Origin: Octopus vulgaris
Lineage: Eukaryota
Assembly (NCBI GenBank): GCA_951406725.2
Contig: OX597837.1
Coordinates: 12,896,001-12,960,000 of the forward strand
Direction of reading: 5' to 3'
Length of the DNA stretch: 64,000 bases
In this document: piece by piece, positions 50,280 to 63,833 of the stretch
Numbering within the stretch: the first letter of the stretch is position 1
How the letters are laid out: the number at the start of each line of letters is the position of its first letter
Notes under the pieces: model-generated
The model's input: the letters and a program-made list of their open reading frames with translations, nothing else
Databases searched by the model: none
What the model was told of the DNA's origin: nothing
Translations under genes and position numbers: made by a program

Positions 50280-50829
50280 CCTGTCAAACCATCCAACCCA
50301 TGCCAGCATGGAAAGCAGGTACTAAACGATGATGATGATGGTGGTGGTGGTGGTGGTGGTGGTGATGATACTTGTTGATTGATGTCACTGTTGGATTTAC
50401 CAACAGTTCAAAGTGACTGGAAAGAAGCCATCAAATGGAATTGAAAGTCGGACGAAGAAAAGGAACCACAAGAGGATTACAATGGATAAGAAACTTGATG
50501 ATTTAAAATAGCTTGAAGTGGGAATTTTAAAAATCACCTTCATTAATCAAGGGTTCATCAAATATCTACTTACATCATCTTATGCCTCCTTCTTTAACAG
50601 CGAAGTAATATTAATTAATCAACTACAGCTGATAATGTAGCACTTTTGTATGAATACTAAGAACTGATGAGAGTTACGCAATCTCTGAAGATTTGACAAT
50701 GCAATCAGCTTATAAAAGTTTCCATACATAGGTGCAGGTATGGTTGTGTGGTAAAGAGCTTACTTCCCAACTACATGGTTCAAGGTTCAGTCCTACTGTG
50801 TGGCACCTTGGGGAAGTATTTTCTACTAT

Positions 50830-51368
50830 AGGTGACAAGATGTTAGGGGTGATGTGGTCAAAGAAATTGTCTGACAGTCATGACAGGGTTCTCCTGCTTG
50901 TGTGGCATGGTGCAGAGTCCTGTTGCCAAACATAGGGTGATCTCGCAGCCACCCTCTTGACCCAGGGCAACACTTCCTCCTCCAAGCACTTAATGTGGGC
51001 CTCTGTGTTGCATCTGAGGCCATGTGGGAAGATGAATGGAGGCATAACGTCTCCATCACTAGTGATCACTCCAAACACCATGATGTTGACTGGATGTTTG
51101 ATCTTTATCACTCTCAGTACATGCGTTGTCCACAGACTGATGCCCAAACACTTTGAAATCTTTGTCTTGGAGCTTCTGGTGTGAACGCCAAGCAGCACAG
51201 CATGTCATTTCAAAATTTTTGGCAGAGTCTTTTGTGTCAAGGTGGTGTTTTTCTCGCAGACGGATCCTACTATACTGTGTAGTCGACAAAATCAAAAACA
51301 AACAAACAATGCACATGCGCAAAATTACAAAAATAAAACGGCAACAATTTACCCCTCACACCCCATAT
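50830..51368 (-). mobile_element. Tc1/mariner (maT/DD37D-like) transposon relic, internally deleted
   Basis: KHPVNIMVFGVITSDGDVMPPFIF...YVWQQDSAPCHTSRRT catalytic-domain motifs; TA-GGGGTGTGAGGGGTAAAT TIR-like end near 51365. Confidence 0.8.
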
Positions 51369-51399
51369 ATATAATTATTATATAACTTAGTCATATTAT

Positions 51400-51690
51400 C
51401 ATCATCATTGTTTAACATCCGCTTTCCATGCTAGCATGGGTTGGAGGGTTCAACTGGGGTCTGGGAAGCCAGAAGGCTGCATCAGGCCCAGTCTGATCTG
51501 GCAGTATTTCTACGGCTGGATGCCCTTCCTAACGCCAACCACTCCGTGAGTGTAGTGGGTGCTTTTACGTGCCACCGGCACAGGTGCCAGACGAGGCTGG
51601 CAAACGGCCACGATCGGATGGTGCTTTTATGTGCCACCGGCACGGGGGCCAGGCGAGGCTGGCAACAGACACGAACGAATGGTGCTTTTT
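51400..51690 (-). mobile_element. RTE-LINE 3' tail fragment
   Basis: Matches 4651-4860. Confidence 0.8.
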
Positions 51691-51999
51691 ATATGTAACA
51701 TATATATATAAACAAAATTATAAATATAATACATCTCTAGCAGGTGTTAAATGGATATATATATATATATATAAATATGTATATATATGAAATGCATGTA
51801 AATATGTAAACCATCAGAAAACTGTATGCTATATATATTCAAATATACACACACATATATATTCAAATATGAATTCAGAGCAGTTTGAGTGTTTTAAACA
51901 ATTTCATGGAAGATTAGAAACAAACAACACCACTTGTATGACAGTGACACTCATTCACAACTATCACAAAATTTCAAGATGAGGGTGCACAGACACACT

Positions 52000-52895
52000 A
52001 AGGCGTAGCTGTGTGGTAAGAAGCTTGCTTACCAACCACATGGTTCTGGGTTCAGTCCCACTGCATAGCACCTTGGGCTAATGTCTTCAACCGTAGCCCC
52101 AGGCCGACCAAAGCCTTGTGAGTGGATCTGGTAGATGGAAACTGAAAGAAACCTGCCATATGTGTGTGTGTGAGTGTGTATGTGTCCGTTTGTCCCCCAC
52201 CACTGCTTGACAACCAGTGTTGGTGTGTTTATGTCCCAGTAACTTAGCAGTTTGGCAAAAAGAGACCAACAAAATAAATACCAAGCTTAAAAAAAAAAGA
52301 AGTACTGATTCTTCAAGGTGGTGCTCCATCATGGCCACAGTCTGATGGCCGAAACAAGTAAAAGATTACAAGATATATTCTTTTTATTCGTTTCAGTCAT
52401 TTGGCTGCGGCCATGCTGGAACACTGCCTGTAGTCAAACAAATCAACCCTAGGACTGATTCTTTATAAGCCTAGTACTTATTCTATCAGGCTCTTTTGCC
52501 GAACTGCTAAGTTACAGGGATGTAAACACACCAACACTGGTTGTCAAGTGATGGTGAGAGGACAAACACACACACACACATATATATATATATTTCTTTA
52601 CTACCCACAAGGGGCTAAACACAGAGAGAACAAACAAGGACAGACAAAGGGATTATGTCGATTACATCAACCCCAGTGCGAAACTGGTACTTTATTTATC
52701 AACCCTGAAAGGATGAAAGGCAAAGTCTATATATATCTTAGTTAAATGGGCTTCTTTCAGTTTCCATCTACCAAATCCACTCACAAGGCTTTGGTCGGCC
52801 CGAGGCTATAGTAGAAGACACTTGCCCAAGGTGCCATGCAGCAGGACTGAACCCAGAACCATGTGGTCAGTGAGCAAGCTACTTACCACACAGCC
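52000..52895. mobile_element. Tail-to-tail pair of family A SINEs, with a family B piece nested at 52590-52727
   Basis: 52000-52365 on plus and 52380-52895 on minus. Confidence 0.8.
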
Positions 52896-53587
52896 AGGAC
52901 TGTATATCAAAATATAATGGGCTTCTTTTCAATTCATGTCCCCCAAATCCACAGACAAGGCTTTGGTCGGTCTTGGACTATAGTGGAATGCTCTCGCCCA
53001 ACCCACGTGTACGAGAAGTAAACGTACAAGCACTCCTTGGGAGGTGGGATCCTTACACAGCCATGCCAGCCCCTAAAGTGTGTGTGAGAGCAGAGGAGGG
53101 AGGGAGGGATTGATTATAGACTCAAGCATGGAATGTGTTATTAAATGGTTCATTTCCCAATCACATGGTTCCGGGTTCAGTCCCATTTAGTGTAGCACCT
53201 TGGGCAAGTAGGTGTCTTCTACTATAGCACCAGCCAACCAAAAAGCCTCGTGAGTGAATTTGATGGACAGAAACTGAAAGAAGCCTGTCGTGGATGGATG
53301 TGTGTGTGTGTTTGGTTCTCATTGTCGTGCCATCACAAGACAGTCGTGGCGTTCATTTCCAGTCGCCTGAGAAAGCATGTCCGGTTATGATGGGAGTATT
53401 ACCATAATTAGAAATATATGAGGGTTGATGGCAGGAAGGAGATATTACCACGGAAAATTCGCTTCCACTAATTTCATCTGACGCACACTAGCATGGGAAG
53501 ATGGAATGTGAAACGAGGACGGCGATGATGATGTGTGTGTGTGTCTCTACAACACATGCCAGCATGGAAGACGAATGTTGAATGATC

Positions 53588-53940
<353 letters not shown>

Positions 53941-56570
53941 CATACACACATATAATATTTATGATGTATAACTTCTATAATATATATTCTGAAATATAAA
54001 TATAATTCTAAATCATATATAAATATATTCTATAAAATGTATATATTTATCATAATGTGTGTGTATTATATTACATAAATATATGTAATATAATAGAATA
54101 TTTTTTTATGTAGGATAGAGGAAAAGAGCGAGATAACGAGAGTGAGGAACAGAGACAGGCAGAGACGTGTAGAGCCAGACACAAGTGAACAAAGTATAGA
54201 GCAACAAGAGATTTTATCGTTTCTGGGATATCAACCGATTGGACCACCCATAAATATTGGGAAGAATTTAACGGGTGTCACTAAAAAAATCTTTCTTAAT
54301 GTCTACGATTTGTCACATCCGAGTGAAATGGAAATAGATGACACACCGAGGAATGTATGAATGGATGATGGAAAATGAAAAAAAAAAAGAACAGACAGAT
54401 AAGAGAGGATAGTCAAGGTTGAAACGCCTCTGATTGTCCGTCAGTCACCAGCAGAGTTCCAAAGACGTGGAGTTGAAAATGCTGGCCTAAAAACAAGAGT
54501 ACCACCTCCCGACTTTGTTTCCTCATAACTAAAAAAAAAAAAATACTATTTTTTAGCGAAATTTTCCACAAATACCTTTCAGATTATTTAAATTAAGATT
54601 ATATAGAAAATTTAAAGGTACAAGAAAATGAAACAAATTGGTCGGCGCACACACATACATACTGACATATATCACTTTTTTTTTTTCTTCAAAATTTCAA
54701 GTTTAATTTAGTAGACATAAATGATCATGTGTCAGTATATATGTGTGTACAAGCCCACAAATTCCTTTTTCTCACCATTAAATTCCAGTATAATTGTCGT
54801 CTACCCCAACAGAGAGGTATTTGTAAAAAAAAGAAATTAATTAAAAATATAATTTTTGTGAAAGTTATGAGGAAACGAAGTCGAGTGACACACTTGTGGA
54901 GGTATGCCAAAAAAGACAAAGCTATAGGCTCAACTGGCCATTTACAAGTTTAATAACAGTAAACCTAAACAATATATAAGGGTACTTAACGGAGTACCCG
55001 ATTCTTCAGGATCAAAAGATGGTCTTTTATCCTCGAGCATTCACTGACTCTTAATCGAAATAATAGTAATATCTTAGGCTTTGGCACAGGATCACGAATT
55101 TAAAGTGATGAGGAAGAAGAGTAAAGCCGATGACATCAATTCTTCCAAGTCCTTGACTTTTATAAGTAATGTCTCTCGCTAAATTAATTTTTTTTTTCTT
55201 AATTCAATCACAGGAATAATTAATACACTTAACATACATTTTACTAAATCATTCAAATTAGCTGGATTCAGTTTACGAGATTGACAATAACAATTAACAC
55301 GTTAATAAATAGAAATAATAATTAATTCTAATATAATAAGCACAAGGCCCAGAAATTCCAAAGAGGCTGAGGGCCGAGACGGGGTGGGAAAAAAGGGGCG
55401 GAGGTCGATGGGGGTTCGATTACATCAGACCCCAACCGTGCTTGATTGTGGTGACTTTAATGACTTTATTTCGTCGAAGTTGACCTCGGCAAGATTCGAA
55501 GAAGAGCCGGAAGAAAAAATATATCACAAGGCATTTTTTTGTCTTTTGTCCGACGCTCTAAACAATTCTTAAATAAATGATCCCTGATATTTTTCTCTTT
55601 TTCTTTCTTGGAACAACGCCAGAAACGTGTAAAAAAAAAAAAAAAAAGGTATCAGGAATAAATCAATTAAATCGATCCGAGTACATGCTTCTTCGACACC
55701 TTATTTAATCACACAATGCAAGTCATCATCTTTTCCACAGAACAGTTATTGACCTCACAAATAAATGCTGTAATACATTATTATCATCATCATTAATACC
55801 ATTATTATCATCATTATTATTATTACATCTTGCGATTCTACCATTTTTTTGACAACTCTCGATAACAACAAAGAACGATTCCCTCTTTTAAATTCTTCCC
55901 TCTGCCCTGACATTGGTTAACACAGGGGGCCCCCAACATTTGAATCAACCAGTATGCATCTGGTACTTTGCCTTTTTCTTTTATATATATTGTTATTAAT
56001 TTATATCTTTGTTCCACCAAGCCCCGCCGGGATTTGAATTTAGAACAAGTGGAGGACGAAGAATCTAATTACCAATAAAGTCTACCACTGTTAAATTTCT
56101 TAACAATGGATACAAAGTCACCCATTCGAAAGGAAAGGGCAAAATCGATTGAATTGCCCCTACCCCAACCCAATTATATAACTGGTATTTATTTTATCGA
56201 TCTTAAACTAGATAGAAAAGTTAGTCAATCCTCGTACGAGACAATTCTTAGCTTGTAACACAGATATATTTATGTATAATTCTTTTTTAGGTTTTGATGT
56301 TAATGACATTAGGCTGGCTATGTGGTCGCTTGGCCTGCTAGAAAGAACAGCCACATCTCCTTCAAGTAATATTCTACTGTCTTGGACGAAAGGAAGGTCA
56401 CATTAGATGTGATGTGGTCCGAGATGCACTGTGAGCTGAAAACAAAAACAAGATACGTGGTGGTCACAGTTGGACTGTCTTTCGATTGTAGCCGAGCTGG
56501 AGTTCAAGCAACAACAACAAAAAAAGGAACAATGGAATCAAATGAATCGTAAACTTTAAACTCTACTCAC

Positions 56571-56701
56571 TTGTGTGAATCGAACAATAACTTTGCTTCA
56601 CGAAATCCATTATTTAGCAACATGTGTATCCCTGTTTGAGCAATTTCCGATTCGTCGGCCAGAGACTGGTAACAAATGCTGTTCTCTCCACTGCTGTCCA
56701 T
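56571..56701 (-). CDS. TTC39C: TTC39C-like first identifiable coding exon ([44 protein letters not shown])
   Basis: Matches TTC39C [22 protein letters not shown]; donor CAA|gtgagt, phase 2. First ATG is at 56701, but the frame stays open upstream, so the start is uncertain. Confidence 0.9.
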
Positions 56702-57949
56702 AACTCTGCTCGAACCTGAACCGCCAGTACCACTACCAGCAGCAGCACGGTTGCCAGGACCACCACCGCCACCACCACCGACAGCAGAGAAGACAGCACC
56801 ACCACCACCACCACCAGTCGTCAAAGACCCACGTCTGGTAATGGTGCTGGATGTAGTGTAGAGGTTAGTAAGGGAAAATGGTAAGAATAGTAATAATTAC
56901 TAGTGGTTGTGGAGGTTTGTTTTTTATATATGTGTAGTGTTGAGGTGTCCACTGATGGTGTCTACCCCGATCTGTCCACTAATTGTCACCCGTCGTAGGT
57001 GGAGAAGAAAAAAAAAGCGAGCAGAATTAAAACGGTGGCCGTGGTCGTGGTCGTCCAAGAATTCTTCTTCTTCTGATGACGGTATCTGCCTTATTCCTCC
57101 CCTTCCCCCTCACTCTCCTCCTCCGCCTCTCCCTCTCTCTCTCTCTCTCTTCACCGTCGCCGTCGCCGCCGCCGCCGCCTCTCACTCTCATTACTAATCA
57201 TTACGAAACCAATTTCCCTCCCCCCATCCTCCCTCCTCATCCCAACACTCCGGTGGTTCTTGCTCGCCGCTTTTCCCCCTCTTCCTTCGCTCGACTAACA
57301 CGACCCCCTCCCTTCCTCACTCCCTCCCTTTCTCCCTCCTCTCTGTCTGTTGCGCTTCCCTTCCTCCCTTGCAGCTGCTGCTGCCGCCGCTACTCTTACC
57401 ACTACTCCTGTTCTGCTTTTTCTCTCTCACCCTTTTTCTTTTCTCTCTCTTTACCTCCTCCCTCTACCTCTCTCCTGCATCTGATGATAACGATGATGCT
57501 GTTCTTTTTATTTACCTTCCTCCACCTTCTGCTGCTGCTTATGATGATGATGATGCTGTTGTCATCGTCGTCGTTCTTGTCCTTATTATTATTATTGTTT
57601 GGTGATAAAGATGCAGAAAGCGGCGTTGTCAGGCTTCGTCAAACAATAAATACCGTCTCTGCTCAACAACGACGACGAAGTATAAAAAAATGGTTAACAG
57701 TCGCAATTATTTCGTTATCAGTTCTTACTTCAGTTGGCAGCTTCTCTTATTATTATTATTATTATTATGGTGATGTTATGGTTGTTGCCATTGCTTCTTG
57801 TCGCTGCAAAAAATGGGAAAAAAACAGTCACAGTCGTCGTCGTTGTTACTGTATTTGCTGATGCGGCGGCGGCGGTGGTTTATGATGATGATGATGATGA
57901 TGACAGCGGCGATGGCAGTGGTGGTAGTCGTGACGGTAAGAGTACTGCC

Positions 57950-58482
57950 ATCGATGTCATTTAACTGCTCTCCTCCCTCTCTGTCTCTATATCTATCTAT
58001 CTATCTATCTATCTCTGTCACTTCCTCCCTCTCTATCTGTCTATCTCTGTCACTTCCTCCCTCTCACTCTCTGTTTCTATATCTATCTATCTCTGTCACT
58101 TCCTCCCTCTCTCTCTGTCTCTGTCACTTCTTCCCTCTCTCTCTGTCTATATCTATCTATCTCTGTCACTCTGTCCTTCTCTGTCTGTCAGTCTGTTTCT
58201 TTCTCAGTCTCTCTAGCTTTCTCCCTCTCTCGCTTTTACGTGTCTCTTTCTGTCTCCCCTTTCCCTTTTTCTGAAGGTATATTAACTTTAACCCTCCCTC
58301 TCCTTAACATATATCGATGTCATTTAACAGCTCTCCTCCCTCCCTCTCTCTATATCTATCTATCTCTCTCCTCTATCTGCTAGTTTGTTTCTTTCTGTCT
58401 CTCTAGCTCTCTCTCCCTCTCTCTCTGTCTCCCCTTTCCCTTTTTCTGAAGGTCTATCAACTTTAACCCTCCCCCTCCTCAA
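57950..58482. repeat. Local duplication of a CT-rich block
   Basis: atcgatgtcatttaac...ctcccctttcccttttttctgaaggt occurs twice (57950-58305 and 58313-58482). Confidence 0.75.
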
Positions 58483-58497
58483 CAGCAACTCAGCTTC

Positions 58498-58507
58498 TGC
58501 GCATGCG
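58498..58507. promoter_or_regulatory. NRF1-type motif TGCGCATGCG in the probable TTC39C promoter region
   Basis: Matches the NRF1/EWG consensus, upstream of the CpG-richer 5' region of the gene. Confidence 0.4.
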
Positions 58508-60116
58508 TCGTAACAACGCTTATCACTAAGGACCTTCTCCCGCCACTCTTTCTGCGATCTCTCAATCCATTTCAATGAAATAAAAGGAAGAAAAAAAGCC
58601 AACATGGTCCGTAGTAGAAGCAAGTGGTTACATGTGTTGGCCAAAACCAGCAAATAAAAGATGTGAAAATTAATAGGTTCGAATCCTATCAGACAGAGCT
58701 CTTTCGGGGATGAAAAAAATAATAAAAATTGGTTAAGGACCTGCTTGGAACTACATTAGAATTCACGTTTTCCAACAGAATTTAATTTGTCTTATCCTGC
58801 TAAAAGGTTTATTACTATATCTGCATATTTCTCTAGCTTTCTCCCTTCTGCTTCGAACTTACTATCAATTTCTAGAAACATACCAACTTATTTAGATTTG
58901 CTAGGGAGCTAACGAGCTTATACGAATATGCGATCTTTGGATAACTTAGAGACAGACCACCCCTAATTACCGCGAACTGGGTTTATTTATTCATCATTTT
59001 GTTCGCCATCTCTTTACATATTTGTAGTTATCTATCTCAGGATCTTAAGAGTATTATTTTCGCTTTTGATTCCAGAGTTGACAACATTTCCCTTCTTGTC
59101 TGCCTCTCATACCATTCCTAAAGCGCACTGAGGTCTTTAAAAACTCAAAACTTTATATATTTTCCACATCTATTTATTCATATCTATCGCTCTGTATCCA
59201 TTGTTATTTCTTGTCGAAAGTCCTTGACATAAAGCGAGCGAGCAATTAACAATGCACTTTTAGTTCCTAACCTTTACGCTGTAAAAAAAAAAAAACCTTC
59301 GGAAAGGCATGAACATCACAAAAACACTTCCCACTTGTTTCGAATCTCGTGTCCAATTTATCCACACTTCCCTTTCCGACCTTACATCTTCCTTCATTCC
59401 ATCTTCGCACATCCTCCTTACATCTTAATTCTCGTGATTTTCTCAAATAAAGCATAGTTGAAATATAAGCAACTCAATGTTGAATAAGGAGAAATATTCA
59501 GTGAAGGTTAATTTGCTCTTCGATTTTTATTTTCTTTGTATTCTTTTATACATTTTAGCTTTACGGCTGCGGCCATGCTGGAGCGTGATAATTAGCATGT
59601 TCTTCCTTTTTCATTCCGCTTGTCTTTCGCAGTTATATTTTCTCTCGTTCTCCTATATTCTACGGTTGACAAAACATGTAAACCATAGCTTATTGAGAGA
59701 AATACAAAATTTTATTGTCCAGAACGTATAGTTTTACACAATTCCAAAGACCCAGTCTTCAGCACTGCAACAGGTAATAATCCTTTCTATGTAAGGCACA
59801 ATGCCTAAAATTCTGGAGAAGTGATTTAGTCAATTACATCAACACTAGTATTCAACTGGTACTTCTTTTATCACCTCAGAAAGGATGAAAGCCAAAGTCA
59901 ACCTCAGCAGGATTTGAACTCAGAACATAAAATGCCAGAAGAAATCCTGCTAAACACATTCTGTCCAGCATGCTAACGACTCTGCCAGCTCGCTGCCTTA
60001 CTGCAAATGCTAATAACGATTCCTTACTCTAGCTCTAAGGTCACAGATTTAGAAGAGTGCAGTGGAATTGATTGAAAAGTACTTGGAACCATTACTCTTC
60101 GGTCATAGTTCCAAAC

Positions 60117-60375
60117 CAGTGTTTCTTGACCATTTTTTTTTTGGTATATGGAATTCTTTGATTCCTGTTTTGCCCTGATAGACCCTAATAACCATTCCAT
60201 GTGTAAAAAATTCCATTATGGTTTTATAATAAAATATTAGGAATTATATAAAAAAAATTGTTAAAATATTTTGTGTATTGTTGAAGAATTACTGATTTAC
60301 TGCAGATAAATTTTAACAGCAAAATCTGATAGGGACCCACACAAGGGTCAGGTGGACCCCAGTTGAGAACCACTG
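60117..60375. mobile_element. hAT (Charlie-like) MITE
   Basis: TIRs cagtgtttcttgac / gttgagaaccactg; imperfect 8-bp TSD ttccaaac / gtctaaac. Confidence 0.6.
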
Positions 60376-60925
60376 GTCTAAACCATTATTTGGTTTCATA
60401 CCAATACCTGGCCCTCACATTCCTTTATCTTTTGCTCTTTTTTACTTGTTTTAGTGAAAGAACTGCAGCCATGCTGGGGCACAGCCTTGAAGGTTTTAGT
60501 CAGACAAATCAATCCCAGTACATTTTTTTTAAAGCCTGCTACTTATTCCGTCAGTTTCTTTTGGTCAACAGCAAAGTTATGGGATGTAACTAGCAGTGGT
60601 GGAGGTTACAAATACAAATGTATACATGTATATAAACAGCAGGCTTCCACACAGTTTCTGCCAACCTAATTCATTCACAAGGCATCGGTCAACCTGGATA
60701 CTCTTCCTGTCACCATCACTTTCTCAGTAAGGTAGTATTTTCCCATTCTTAGACATCCTTTTTTTTTATGAAAGACCAGAGACAAGCAATCTCATTTGTA
60801 TGATGATAATGATGCTCAGTTACAACCATTACAAAATGACTAGCCAAGGCTACACTCAAACACAGGCACACACATATACATACATGTGTGTGTGTGTGTG
60901 TATACATACATAATGTATGTGTATG

Positions 60926-60967
<42 letters not shown>

Positions 60968-61153
60968 CATGTATGTGTGTGTGTGTGTATATATATATCA
61001 TCATCGTTTAACGTCCGCTTTCCATGCTAGCATAGGTTGGACGATTTGACTGAGGACTGGCGAACCAGATTGCTGCAACAGGCTCCAATCTTGATTTGGC
61101 AGAGTTTCTACAGCTGGATGCCCTTCTTAATTCCAACCACTCCAAGAGTGTAG

Positions 61154-61202
<49 letters not shown>

Positions 61203-61206
<4 letters not shown>

Positions 61207-61801
61207 AAATATTGAATTTCTAAATCTCTCGTAGAGACATGTACGGTGGTGGGGCGATAGAATGGTTGTATACTGTCAATCTAACAAGAACGTGACAGTA
61301 GGGGGTACACCACCGTTGTATAGCCCTAGGAGGCATCGAACGCCTCCTGACAGCTTTGACACATTTTTTCCCTGTGTCCTTATATACACATACGAAGGGG
61401 AGACAAACACCCCCGGCCGTCGGAACTGCATCTAGGGACACCGTGTTTCAGGATCATTGTCCTTCATCGGCCTAGAGTAGCAGACACCGGTCGGCTGGTG
61501 ATATTTGCCTCGACTTCATAATTGTATATATGTATACTCAGTGAAGTTTATTCACTGATTATCAAAATAAGAAATATTGAATTTCTAAATCTCTCGTAGA
61601 GACATGTACGGTGGTGGGGCGATGTCCCTAGATGCAGTTCCGACGCCCGGGGGTGTTTGTCTCCCCTTCATATATGTATATAAGGACACAGGGAAAAAAT
61701 GTGTCGAAGCTGTCAGGAGGCGTTCGATGCCTCCTAGGGCTATACAATGGTGGTGTACCCCCTACTGTCACGTTCTTGTTAGATTGACAGTATACAACCA
61801 T
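61203..61801. mobile_element. Penelope/retrozyme-like element with direct and inverted repeats
   Basis: A-B-C-A-B' layout between (TA)n tracts; contains a hammerhead motif. Confidence 0.7.
61432..61475 (-). ncRNA. Minimal type I hammerhead ribozyme motif (U4C core variant)
   Basis: CUAGG-CCGAUGA-AGGA(CAAUGA)UCCU-GAAA-CACGGUG-UC-CCUAG: stems I and II pair and the GUC site is present. Confidence 0.7.
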
Positions 61802-62462
61802 CTATATATATATATATAAAATTGGCTTCTCACAGTTTCCATCTACCACATCCATTCACAAGGCTTTGGATGGACCAGGTCTATTGTAGAAGACCCTTCT
61901 GACCTGAGGTGCCCGCACAGTGGATCTGAACCGGAAGCCCCAAAGATGCAAAGCAAGCTGCTTAACCATACAGCCACGCATGTGCCAGAGACTCATAACA
62001 ACAAGATGTGTCTACAAGACATCTTGCCCAAAGCTCCAGACAAAGTCTGCGGCTGGAGAAGAAAGTTCCAGACATGTAAAGTAAGAAAAACTACAAGGAA
62101 GCAACAGAGAAATTTGAAAAATAATTTATAGAAATTAATAAGAAAAAGCAAGTTATTTTATCTATGTTTTGTTTGGTTGTTTTCTTCTTTCGGTTTTCTT
62201 TTCTCTCTTTTTTTACTTTTTTTTTTTAAATTCTCCTGTATAACATATTTCTATTGCTGTCAGTAGTAGTAGAAGTAGTAGTAGCAGTGTAAGGGTCCAA
62301 TCAGTAAAGGTAGAGGTTTGTTTGGTTGTAAAGTATTCGGTTAAATGACGACATAGGCAGGTAGTGGTGGTGGTGGTAATTACTGGCAACAGGTGAGGAA
62401 AACCAGAAAATTCTTCAGAAGTCGAGTCAGAAGTAAAAGAAGAAGAAGAAGAAGAAATGGTC

Positions 62463-62659
62463 CTAAGTTTCTTGTTGCACTCTCAACACGACTGGGATCG
62501 ACGAACACGGAATGGTGCCCAGTTCGGTGATGACGACCGTGATCAGCTCGGGGGGTGTGAAATCATAGACGAGATTCAACAGTGTGAGGGATTCGTACGA
62601 TTTCCAGTCGGTCAGGCAGTCAGGTTGGTTGTCCAGGTGGATTAGGTCATCTGGATCAG
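62463..62659 (-). CDS. EIF2B4: eIF2B delta subunit, last coding exon
   Basis: DPDDL...[35 protein letters not shown] matches the EIF2B4 C-terminus; acceptor tattcag, phase 1. Confidence 0.95.
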
Positions 62660-63172
62660 CTGAATACAAGGAGAAGATGGAAAGAAAAACAACATTACTG
62701 TAGTAATATCATTATTGATATCTTAAATCAGGGAACAGGAAAACTTGTTTAGGGGACAAAAAACTTACTGGAAATGCTTTTATATTTTGTAGTGCCGCCA
62801 AACTGGCTCCCATGCCAGTGGCACGTAAAAAGCACCATTTGATTGGCCAGGGGCTACAGAAGAGGATACTTACTGAAGGCGCCATACAGTGGGACGGAGT
62901 GGTACTTTTGGGGCAAATGGAAACCAATATGTTCCATGGCATTTGTGAAGGATTGAAATACTTTGAGTGAGGCTGAGTGGGAAGGAGTAATTGTGGCTTC
63001 AGAAAAATGGTAGTACCAGCCCACGTACCAGCTTTCATTATCATCATTTTAACAACCATGTTTCCATGGTTGCACAAGAAGTCAGATGAAGTCAACCTTT
63101 ACTTCATCTCCAAGCAAGGTAATGTTTCACAAGAGAATGTTTTGGTAGAATATTGGAAACGAACAACATTCA

Positions 63173-63402
63173 TTAACCCTTTCGTTACCAACCCGGCTGA
63201 AACCGCCTCTGACTCTATAGTACAAATGTCTTGTTTTCATAAGTTTTGGATTAAAATCTTCCACCAAACCTTAGTCACAGTTTATGTTCCTAACACTAGC
63301 TTAATGATAACTAAGTTATTTTACTAAATTCATTGTTATATTTAAAATTAATTGAAAGAAACACAGAGCATCTCAACAGAAATATGGTAACAAAAGGGTT
63401 AA
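63173..63402. mobile_element. piggyBac-type MITE, family 1, in the EIF2B4 last intron
   Basis: TTAA-CCCTTTCGTTACC...GGTAACAAAAGGG-TTAA. Confidence 0.88.
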
Positions 63403-63652
63403 CAACATTCACTCGATGCCAAGACAAAATTCAAACACATACATGCATATATACACGACAGGCTTCTTACAGATTCCATCTACCAAATTCAGTTAAAAGG
63501 AATCGGTCAGCCTGGAACTATAGAAGCAGACACTTGCCCCGAGTCTGAAACAGTAAGTGGTTCCAAAACAAGCTTCTTAACCGCAAAGCCTTACCTGCGG
63601 CAGGTGTTAATTAGAAATCAGAGGCAAATGATAAATGAGTGAAAATAGTTAC

Positions 63653-63833
63653 CCAGCTCGTTAGAAACAAACGAATCAGCTTGTACACGTTCGCTGAATT
63701 TGTGTGTCTCACAGAAAACCAGAACCGGCACCGTGTAAGCCTTCGCCATCATACACAGCAAGGATGTACCAGCTCGAGACATAATGTAACCATTCGCCAA
63801 AGCAGCGTGAGCACCGAGAAAGACTTTTGTTGC
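63653..63833 (-). CDS. EIF2B4: eIF2B delta subunit, penultimate exon
   Basis: [23 protein letters not shown]...[26 protein letters not shown]; acceptor tttccag and donor G|gtaact; 181 nt, in frame with the last exon. Confidence 0.95.

Noticed and set aside
57076-57861. 261-aa plus-strand ORF
   Set aside because: Low-complexity CT/GAT repeats in the 5'/promoter region; no recognisable domain.
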